Shown: positions 10,201 to 22,200 of the stretch, piece by piece | Layout: the number at the start of each line of letters is the position of its first letter | Position numbering within the stretch: position 1 is the first letter of the stretch | Assembly (NCBI GenBank): GCA_044892505.1 | Contig: CM097882.1 | Coordinates: forward strand, 293,632,001-293,696,000 | DNA length: 64,000 nt | Reading direction: 5' to 3' | From: Schmidtea nova | Lineage: Eukaryota | Notes under the pieces: model-generated | What the model was told of the DNA's origin: nothing | Database searches by the model: none | What the model saw: only the letters and a program-made list of their open reading frames with translations | Position numbers and translations under genes: made by a program

Positions 10201-13200
10201 GCAAGGGAAGCAAACACGTGCTTCGAAAGGAGAATAAAACCTCGGTTAGAATACGAAAAAGAACGAGTCTTACGAAAGAATCTAAATTTCCTGATAGAAC
10301 AAATCATACCACAAGTCAAAAAACATAGAAAAGAATTAATGAGAAGCGAATACGAGAAATTGAAACGATGTATTGAGTGCATACGTGACACAAGCCACAC
10401 GAGATGGTCACAGATCTCACACGACAAATTAATCGCAAAAATGGGAAAAACAATGTTCAGGCAAGGGAAAATAACAGATCTAAAAATTTCAGTAGAATTA
10501 CCTAATGAGGACACCAAAGAAATTGAAGTGGTAGCGGATTGCACCATTAAAGAATTAATAAATGTCATCAACGAGACACTAGTGCAAAGAGAACCAGAAG
10601 ACGAATGGGAAGACGACATAATCATACAATACAACGAACACGTATTATGGGATCACGATGAGAGACGATTATATAAAATCGGTATATGGGATAATCACCA
10701 AACAATCCACGTTAGCAGAATGGACGATACACCCAGAGAAACTGCTAAAGATGAGAAAAGAGAACGGGAACGACGGAAAGAAGTTGTGCGTAAATTACAA
10801 CAAATAGTAGAAATTTATCGAAATTGGCGAATTTGGCCAGAGTGGGAAAATGTATTAGAACAACTCAACCTCAACAGACGAATACGAACACCCGTAGAGA
10901 AACAATGGAACGAGAAAGGAAAATGTTGGGAACCAAAAGAAGGGGAATATGAAGAAGAATATAAAAGAGGAATTGAAGATGACTGCGAACCAGAGATAGG
11001 AAGAGTTTGCATGGTAACAAGGAAAGCTACGCCAATAGACCTAGATGGACCAGAAACAGCGGCCATGTGGTTAGAAAGGGAAAAGCAAAAAACGGAAGAA
11101 TTTGTCGAAATATTAAAAACCAATGAGCACGGTAAGAGAAAATTAATAAAAGGCCTCGCAGATTTTTTCGTGGTAAATGGGGAAGATATAACATGCTTGC
11201 GTAAAGTAGCAAAAGCAATCGCGGAATATAAAAGAGTTAACGAGTGGTGTCCAGAACAACTAGACCACGTAATTAGGAAATGGAGAAATCAAGAATTCTC
11301 GCAAGAAATTCCACAGAAAGTACATTTAAGAATAATATATCCAAACAAGGATAAGGAAGAGCTTTGGGTAGGAATAGCAGAAAAAATTCGAGATATTAAA
11401 AAGAAATTGAGATACGAACCACCATTCCATTTACAACACCAAGGACGATCATTAGATAACAGTTTGGAAATCGGAATAACGCCAGCACAATTAGACCTCA
11501 TGAATACCTTGACAGTAGAAGCAATAGCGGGTCAACCATTGAAACGTAAAGAAGAAAACCATAAACCACACGGAAGTATAAGTACGCCAAGCCCGATGAA
11601 ATCAGTACTAACACCAGGGACAAGTTCAAGACGATCTGAGACAACACCCAGAGGAACCAGAGAAAGGACTCCACCACAACCATACGACGTGGACGAAATT
11701 TTAACGGATAGCGACGATATGATAGAAGAGTTAACCGAATTAACAAGGGAAAAGGACGATAACATTTTCGAAAGAATACAAGAACTACCTACGACAATAC
11801 AAGTAACCAACACCGGAGAAGCAGAAGTCGAAGAAGAAATAATAATAGAAGAAGTAAACGATCTAACAGAAGACGAAACGAGAGGAGCGAATGTCGAAAA
11901 TGTACAATTAACACAAGAAATGGAAAGATGGTTAGAAGAAAGAGCTAACGAACCAAGAGATGTCACCGAAGAAACCGGACGAGCAACAAGGTTTGTGGAA
12001 ATAGGTACAGGAATGGATAAACGACCTCGAGGTAGACCCAAGACAGACCCAGCAACAGTAGTTATCAGAAATAAGGACGAAAAGAGACAAGATCAATGGG
12101 AATTATGTTTAAAGAAATTAAACAAAATCGCAGAGATGAAAGAAAAAGAGACAACACCAATATGTCAAGGGGAGGAATGGATATCGAAAACAATAATGGA
12201 ACTATTGGCAATAATTGATCCGGAATTAAGAAAATACTGGCGTATAACGGAGATAAGCGAAAAGGCGAAGTCACTACACAGCGCAATCGCACCCATCTTA
12301 CCGGAATTCATAAAAGAGAAGACGAAATCAAATCACTTAGACTGGCAAGGAACCACTATGTTAATAAAGAAACTGACAGAAGGAGCGGAAACAGATAACA
12401 AATACGTAATAGCTATTGCATACACGATCTACAATCTGTTGACACTGAGTAGAGGTCGACCAAAACCCACTGCATTAGAGAGACATATAAAAAATACCGC
12501 AAAAATTATAGCGAGAGAAATAGAACCATACGTCATTAACAAAGGAGGATGGGAAACATTTATAAAAACTAACCAGAAGAAAACACAAGCCAAGAATATG
12601 AAAAAGAAATTCGAAAAAATATTGGAAGAGTTAGGAAAAGAACAAGCAGGAACAGGAAACGCAAAGTCATCAATGAATCTGAGTGCTATAATAATGATGA
12701 TGTTGATTTGGATGATTAGCACCGATAGCGCAACAGCATTCGAAGTGTTTGATTGCGACCAAATGAAGTTAGGAGAAAAGTATTCATTGAGAGGTACGGA
12801 GCAATGCAAAGATGCGACTCCAGTAGAGTTGCAAAAGATTAAAAAAGAACAATGGTACCACGTGTATCAAGAAGCAGAACTCATAAAGACAATGGTGAAT
12901 GAATGTAAAGTGCAGAAGACGAGATTCGCATTCTACTGCGGGAGAGGACATTATTCAGCAATTGTCATGCCAGGAACGGAAAGAGAACCAATCGTGTTAC
13001 AAGGAGAAGACTGCGAAGCACTGTTTAAACATGGAGAAGTAACAACAAGAGATAAAATCAAGATAAGAGGAAAGCCAGGAATGATGATGCAACAGACGTA
13101 CTATGTAGCAGGACGGATTACGGGAGGAGAAGGATATTGTCAAGGAGAAACCTACCCGATATTCGGAGTACCCGCAACCAACCTAGTAGTAATGGATACG

Positions 13201-16200
13201 TATATAGTCGAATTAAAAAGCTATGAAGCATTCTTCGAACCAACAACGGGAGAAATGAAAACGTTATCCATGTGTAAAATCGACAGGAGCATGTGTCAAA
13301 CGGGAATGTCAACATTGGTATACAAACCAAAGGTGAACGAATGTCAATTACAACTGCTACAAGGAGCACAGTTCGACGAAATCCAAGGAAAAACGTTTCA
13401 GGAAGAAGACGACGACGACAAAGCTAGAGCAAAGCATCTCAAGGAAGCTTTAGAGAATAAAAGACAACTGAAACCAGATCATAGAGAAAAACGAATAGAG
13501 ATGAGAGCCACACCAACAGTATTGATAACCACAAATCAAGATGTGGGAATGAGGTTCATAAAAGGAAAAGCAACCCTCAAGTGTAGTACAACGGTATACG
13601 AAACAAATTACCCAGGAATATATGTGTCAAAACAAGAAGTGCCAAACGCGAAACCCAAAATCGACACAATGGATATCAAACTACACCTATATGTGAATAA
13701 TAAAATGGATTTCCTATTCCATAGAGGACAAGCCTCATTACAAAAAGTGTACTACGATCTGATAAACAATGATTGTATACTGAATCGAGAAATATTAAAG
13801 ACGAAGTTGGCCGTAGCGATTACGAATCCAGATAGCGCGATGCCATTATTACCACTGAGAGAAGGACATTTCGGAAGAGTGGTCGGAGAAGCAATGTACG
13901 TATACATTTGCGAAAAAACACACGCGTCGCTAGCAGCAACAACACAGTTGAAACCTGGAACCTGTACAAATGAGTTGGAAATCGATTACAAAGGAAAAGT
14001 ACGATACGTTCAACCGGTGACGAGAATCATCAATCCACCAGGGTTTGAACCAAATCCATTCAACTGTAGTAATGCGTACGGACCGCTCTATCAGAAACCA
14101 GATGGTAAATGGGTTATGTTCCCAGGAAGATCCGAAGTGATAGCACCAAGAGAATTCGAGCTAATGCAATTGTCAAAGGATAGGCAATTCAGCGACGTAG
14201 ATGTCTCAAACAACGGAATATATAGTCCAAAGGATCTAGAAGCAGCAAGGCAGAATATATTATTCCCGGCAAGAAGAGAAGCATTACTGTCAAATATCGT
14301 AACGATAACGGGAGGAACGAATTATCAAGAAGGACCGAATTATGAACTGTTATTGTCACCAGCACATTTCAAGAAAGCCACAGAAAATATGATGAAAGCA
14401 ATGTGGGGAAGATTTCTGATATTCGGACAAATGATGGCTGGAATACTGGGGGTTATATTAATAATACAAATCGTCAGAGTGATAATAACGCAAATGTTAG
14501 CGTGTTTTGACATCTACAAGAGAGAAAAGAAAGTGAATTGGAAAATGGTAGTAGGGTTTTTACCATTCCTCGCGAAGACGATGGTGTTGCACGGACACTC
14601 AAAGGACATACATCGAATAAAGAGATTGTTGAAGATACTCGCAAAAATGAAGGGAACAGATGAAGAAGTAGGACGAAAATTTAAAAAGATAATGGATGAC
14701 GAACAAGCAAGACAACAGCTCAAGAGAGAAAGAAAAGGTTTATGGGAGAGGATGAAAGGATATAAAACCCAAAATGATTCGAGTGACGACGACGATGACG
14801 ATGACGACTATAAGGGAGGACAAGTGTATAAGAACCAAGCACCACAATACATCGAAAAGAATCCAGCCGACGCATGGAAATGTTACGCACCTCCACCAAC
14901 CATGTATCAAGAACCACTACAAGGAGGAAAAAATAGCACGATGCAAATGATGCCAATGACAAATGTATACCCCATGATACCAGAAGATTATAAAATGAGA
15001 AGATGTAGAAGCGTAGATCCACAAGGAGATACACACACGATCGCAGTAATGTCATCAAACACAGGTCCAGTGTTAACCACGACAATAGAAATTAACGGAA
15101 GAGAAATCGAAGCAATGATCGACACGGGAGCAAACATTTCCGCCATCGACATCAAATGGATACCACAAGAGCAAAGACGAGAAATAGAAAGGACAAACGT
15201 CCACGTAATTGCATGTAGCAAAGAAGTTGTAGAAGTAGCAGGAAGATGGTGGGTAAAAATACGCCACCTAAACACGGAAATCGATACATACGTAGCAGTT
15301 ATACCAGCATTAAGCGTACCTTGCATTATCGGAACAGATTTGATGCCAGCATTATTTAAAGAGATTGTAATCGACCTCGGAACAATGAGACTAAAGGATC
15401 GCACAGGACAAATATGCGCAATAGAAGCCAAAGTGACAAGTTCAAAGCAAATGATAATACCCGCAAGAAAGGAAAAAATATGTTACGTAAAAATAGATCC
15501 GACAATCCAAGGGGATATGATTTTCGAACCAAGTAAGAGATTCGAGAAAAGAAAAGCGTTGCCAATGGCAAGAGGACTAGTTAACATAAACGATGATGGA
15601 GAAATCCCAATAAACGTAGTAAACTTCGATGAAGAGGACAAAATAATATACGAAAACGAAAGATTAGGTAAATTAACCCCAATGATGGATATCGAACTAC
15701 CAATAGAAGGGGCAGAGAAAGATAAAGAACCAACCTGGAATATTGATAGTGAATTATTAAATGAGGATCAAAGGAAGCAGCTAGAAAAACTCCTGATAGA
15801 GTATAAGGATATATTTGCAGCATCCGATTTAGATCTAGGAACATGTGATGTCACACTACATACAATACCATTAACAGATGAAACACCAATTGCATTAAGG
15901 CCGTACAAATTAGCGGAAGCACAGAAAGCAGTAGCAGAAGCAGAAGTGAAGAAAATGTTGGATGCAGAAGTAATCGAACCAAGTTGTTCACCCTGGCAAT
16001 TTCCAGTGGTAATGGTAAAGAAAAAAGACGGAACACAGAGATTCTGCATAGACTATCGAAGATTGAATACAGTGACAAAAAGGGATACTTACCCATTACC
16101 AGACATTAATGAAATGCTATTAACATTACAAGGAGCAGCATATTTTACGTCGTTAGATCTGAAAAGCGGATATTGGCAAATAAAAATGAAGGAAGAAGAT

Positions 16201-19200
16201 AAGGAGAAAACTGCCTTTACCATCGGTAGAGACCTATATCAATTTCGAAAGATGCCATTTGGATTAACGAACGCACCAGCATCATTTCAGAGATGCATGA
16301 ATTTCGTCACCCACGGAATAAAGCAGTGCATGGTCTACATCGACGACTTATTGATTTACTCTAGTACATTCGAACAACACATACAGGATATTCGAGATGT
16401 ATTCGTTAGGCTTAGACAATGGAAGTTAAAACTCAAGCCATCAAAATGCGATTGGGCGAAAGAGAAAGTAACATTTTTAGGACATATAGTGTCAGCAAAA
16501 GGAAAAGAACCGGATCCTAGAAATATCGACAAAGTAAAGGAATGTCCAGTACCAAAAACAATAACCCAGATACAAGAATTTCTTGGACTATGTGGATATT
16601 ATAGAAAGTTTATAAAAGATTACGCCGGAATAGCAAAACCTATACAGGAACTAGTAAAGAAAGATGTATCCTTCATATGGGGAGATGAACAACAAACAGC
16701 ATTCGAGACATTAAGAGATAAACTGATAACCGCACCCATATTGGTACACCCAGACTTTAAGAAGCCATTCCTACTTGCAACGGATGCAAGTGGATATGCA
16801 GCAGGAGCAGTATTAGGGCAATACGATGATGAAGGAAAAGAACGCGTAATCGGATATTATAGCCGGACATTCAAAAAGCATGAGAAAAATTACTCAGTAA
16901 CAGAACGGGAAGCATTAGCAATTATATTAGCTATTAAACACTTTAAATATTTACTATGGGGTCACATCATCTGCATAACAACAGATCACCAACCGCTTGT
17001 ATGGTTAGGACAGCACAAGGAAACATCCAGTAGATTAATGCGATGGGCAATGCAGTTACAGGAGTACTCACCAGACATAAAATTTAAATCAGGACGAGCG
17101 AATGCGAATGCAGATTGTATGTCAAGACTGACATTTCCAGAACTAACCGATCCTGATGTACAACGAATTTGTGTATTAATAGCGGAGGATCTAGATTTTA
17201 GCGAGCTTAAGAAAGATCAACAAGAAGACAAAGAATTGGGACAGATCATAGAGTTCCTAACGTCTCGAAATATGGAGGTATTTAAGGATAATAAGGAATT
17301 AAAGGAACATATAGGAAAATATCAACATCGCTACATAATAAATAAAGGATGGTTATTAATACAAGACGGGGAAAAGAGATTGATGTGTTTACCGGAAAAC
17401 AGAAGGAAAGAGATAATGATCCAATACCATGATGGGAAATTGGGAGGTCATATGTCCGAGAAAAAGACCATAAACCGTATGAGACAAAAATATTATTGGC
17501 GAACAATGGAAGAAGATATAAAGGAATGGATTAAAAATTGTCTAACTTGCGCAACCAGAAAGGATAGTGGGAAGAAATGGAAGAACCCGCTACAACCAAT
17601 GCCGATACCAGCAGAGCCAATGACAACTATAGCAATGGACGTAATAGGACCATTACCAGAAAGTTTAAACGGAAATATTTATATATTGGTGATAACGGAT
17701 TATCTGACAAAATTCCCGGAAGCATTTGCCATGCAAGACCAAAAAGCAAAAACCGTAGCAAAGATTCTAGTAGAAGACATATGTTGCAGATACGGAACTC
17801 CAAAACAAATACTCACAGACCAAGGAACTAATTTTATGAGCGAGTTATTGAACGAGGTGACAAACTATTTCCGAATAGCAAAATTGAGAACTTCACCATA
17901 TCACCCGCAAACGAATGGACAAACGGAGCGATTCAACGGCACATTGATTAGAATGTTATCAAACTACGTCAGCAGACACCAAACTGACTGGGATGAATAC
18001 ATAAAATTATGTTTAATGGCATACCGAATGTCGATACATGCAGCAACAAAACTAAGCCCATTTCAACTTATGTATGGAAGAGAATGCAACATGCCCATAG
18101 ATTTAGAGTATCAGCCACCATTATCGCAATATATGGAAGATGACGACTACGTAACCAAATTCAAGGAAAGGATGCAGGAAATATGGAAAACGGCAGAACT
18201 CAACATTAAATTTTATCAGGAAAGTTATAAGGATTTACACGACCAGAAGAAAAATGTTAAAGCGAACGATCTAAAACCAGGAGATTGGGTGATAATAGAA
18301 ACTCCCGAAATAATACCCGGAACTGTTAAGAAACTCCAAAGACCTGGAAGAGGACCTTATGAAATTATATACAAGAAGGACAATAATGTCAAAGTTAAGC
18401 TAATAAATCGACCGTTAATACGACCCATATATGTAAACACCTGCAGATGTAAGAAGGTGCCTAAAACGATAACTACAACACCAGAAAATCGAATAATAAC
18501 TAGATCACAAACAGCCAGGATAAATATGCTCAGAGCTAACGCAACTAAAGGCGACAAAGCAGAAATAAGACAAAAGGAAATCAGAAATAAAGAAATCATA
18601 TTGAAGGCGAGAGAGATAATGGGAAGATGGCATGTTAGAGACGAAGCAGGCATATCAAGGGATATTAGACATATAATTAGCCGTTACGCACAAGGATTAC
18701 CAACCGAACCAATTATTTCTGAATTATTGGAAAAAATCCCTGAAATACTCTTATTGAAAGATGTAGGAGGACAACCAGCCTTACATAATGCGATAGAGTG
18801 TAAAAACATTGAAAGAGCAAAAGAATTCCTAAAAATCGCAAAAGAAACAAATCAAAACTTGGACGTAGGGAATCGGAAACAAGAAACTCCATTAATGACA
18901 GCCGCAATCCACCAAGCAGATAAAGAAATGATAGACCTATTGATAAAAGCTCATTTCAGTTGGACAGAACGAGATAGAGAGGACAAAACAGTGCTAAATC
19001 ACGTAATATGGAGTTCTCACCAACCAATGCTGAAATACATAATAGCTAACTCCACTTGGGAGATAGACGAACTAGTTAAAGGAGACATTATCAAAGAGGC
19101 AATCAAAATTGGTAAATGCAACACGATCCGTAAGTTAATCAAATGGAAACGACCAGAAGATGATACATGGGTCTTAGACATAAACGAAGTATACAGCGAA

Positions 19201-22200
19201 GGACAAAACGCACTGTTAAGATACCTTTTGAAATTTACTTGTGATCAAAAGACATTACTAACCTTATTAGACAGAGGAAACATAAACATCACAAAGAATG
19301 AAGAAGAATACAAATTCGATAAAGAGAAGGAAGCCTTATTCAATAAGATTAGGAAATGGTGTGCGAAACCACTTGATAAACTAATAACATACAAAGACAT
19401 AAGCAATTTTAACGAGAAATACCAGACGATAGTAAGCGAATATGAGGAATTAGTAAAAATCTTAAACCATCCCGAAAAATGCAAACAGGTTTTAGAGAAA
19501 AAAGAAAGAGAAAGTAACAAGAAACTCACACCACTCTTCAAAGCAGAAGCACCATACCAAGCTAGACTAGATGCGATACAAGAAAAAGCAAAAGAATTGT
19601 TACCGGAATTCGAGAATAGTAAACATGCACTGGAAATACTCGGCGCATTAGTTGAAAAAGTACACGCATACGCAAAAGGAACATACAATGGTAACGACAT
19701 AGTAATAATAAAAAAGGAGATGCCAGTAACATTCCTATTACCAAAAGACGGAATAATGCCCATACATAGAGCTCTACGAAATGGCAAAGATAGGAAAGTA
19801 ATGGAAATTGCAAGAGTAATGCTAAATTGCGGAAGCAATATGAATATGATAGACGAGAAAGGAGATACACTTATGGTATTTGCAGCAAGGGCCAAAACGA
19901 AAACAAAGGTATTAGAAGAACTATACAAAGCAGGTGCAGGACTTACAGGAAAGACAGATAAAGATAATTCGATATTGGATGTAGCATTATTAACACACAA
20001 TTGGGAAATGGTCAATTTCATTAAAACCGTCCCAAATCAGGAAGAAATAGATCACCTAACTGATACGGTCAAGAAACCCAGTGTACTAGCAATGATGAAC
20101 AACGTCGAACTAACAGAATCAATACTTACGTGGATAAATCCTAATACTAACGAACCAGCATTCAGGATTAATAAGTTTACAGAACATAACCAAAACTGGT
20201 GTATAAGAAGTGCCTTAATAACGTATAAATGGCCAGAGATATTGAAGATGTTTATGGAAAGAAAGGATCTAAGAATCACAACCAGCCCGAAAGAAGAAAA
20301 ATACACAGGCAAATGGAAAGAATTGATGAAGACATACATCAACAATTGGATCAAGGCCAAAAAGGAAATCTTGGAACATAAATCCACTAACAAAGTAATA
20401 CCGGAGCAGGTAGAAACACAAGAATTTGAGGCAAGTAATCTAACGACATTAGCGTATGCGAAACTAATAGAAGAAATCAATGTCGAGGACGACATTTTCG
20501 ACGAGCCAGGGGGAGATGACAACACAGATAGTGACGACGATAACAACTCAGAAAATTCAAGCGATCACGAACCACCCGATAAAGAGGATAACGAGAGAAA
20601 AGACAAGAAACGAGACAAAGAAGAAAAGAAAAATGAAGACGAAAAACAAAAAGATGAAGATGGAGAACAAGGAAAAAACGACCAAGGAAATAAAAATGAC
20701 ACCCAAAGAACAGGGTATAAGTCAACCATAAAACCATTCTTCAAACCAGAATTACTATTACTAACAATGATTATAACGTTAATTAATCCAAGTCAGGGAA
20801 TGACATGTGAAGAAAGGGCAATAATACAAATAAAAAACGCGAAAGGAATCGAACGAGTATGTTGGTCGAAAAAGGACAAAACTACGGAACAAAATAGCCC
20901 GATGGATTGCAGAATCTCAAAACACGAGCAAGAGATCATAGAGATCAACGACCTAGATCTAGATACCTGGTACAAAATATGCACCGTTAGGAAACAAAAG
21001 CATCCAAGATCACACAACACAATCGCATGTGCAAAATACCAAACACCTAAAGCAGCCATGACAATACAACAGTCACCCAAAGGAGATTACATCATCGGAA
21101 AATGTGGAAGAACAGAGACACAGGGAACAGAAAACAAAAAACCCCAGGCAATAGATAAGCAAACAACACCAACCCTACGAATTACAATAGAGAGGCCCGA
21201 AACAAGAATTGCCACAAACGAAACCGAAAGAGTGTCTTACCAAATGGAAGTATTATGCTTAGCACTCATACTAATAATGATAAAACGATTAAAGGAAGGA
21301 ATAGAAATTGAAACTATGACAATAACAGAAGTAGAAGATACACAGAATACTAACATAAAATGTTGGGCGAGGAATAACGAGGAAATCGGCGTAAATGAAA
21401 TAAGGAAAAGTCGAAAACCAACAACGAATAAAGTAATTAAAGTATCCAAAGTAAAAGCAGATAAGACGTACAAACTATGCCTACTAGAAAAAGAGACAAA
21501 CAAGAAAGGTACCACAAAATGTAAAACATTTCAACCCGGAGAAGTAATAAAGTTCAGAAGGAGAACGAGGAAGAGAAATAAACAAATCAAGCGGAAAGTA
21601 AACATAACATTAGAAATAAAAGAGATAGAACCAAATGTGAAAGGAGTATGCTGGAGGAAGTACGAAAAGGAAACAAATAAAAGAACGACACCACAATGTC
21701 AAACAAGCACAGGAGCAACAACGATACAAATAAAAGGTCTAGAAAGTAAACAAACCTACGAAATATGTTTGGTAAAGAAAAATGATCAGATAACGATAAA
21801 CGACCTAGAATGCGGAATACATACAACTTCATCCGGAACAAGAACCAAAACGTTAACACGGAAAAATAAAAGGAAACAACGAAACAAAGAAAAACCGAAG
21901 TACACCACTACCTTTAAAAACAATAAACAACCAATAAGCCAGGAAGCTACGACAAAACCCGAGGGAAAGACATCAGCAACTCTAACATTATGGAAAATAG
22001 AGAATAAAACATTAGAAATATGTTGGATAATAGTTCAGAAACATATAAGAAGACAATCAAGAGAGTGCAGAAAAACAAATAAAGAAATCAAGATCGAAAA
22101 ACTACAATTTAATAGCGAGTATGAAGTATGTACAATAGAAAAAACGGACGCACTAGGAAACCAACAAGAAAGATGCGAAACCTACTATACACCAGCGAAC

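Noticed and set aside
15430-15700. dUTPase between PR and RT
   Set aside because: Beta-rich spacer lacks the catalytic dUTPase motifs; similar linkers are common in gypsy pol.
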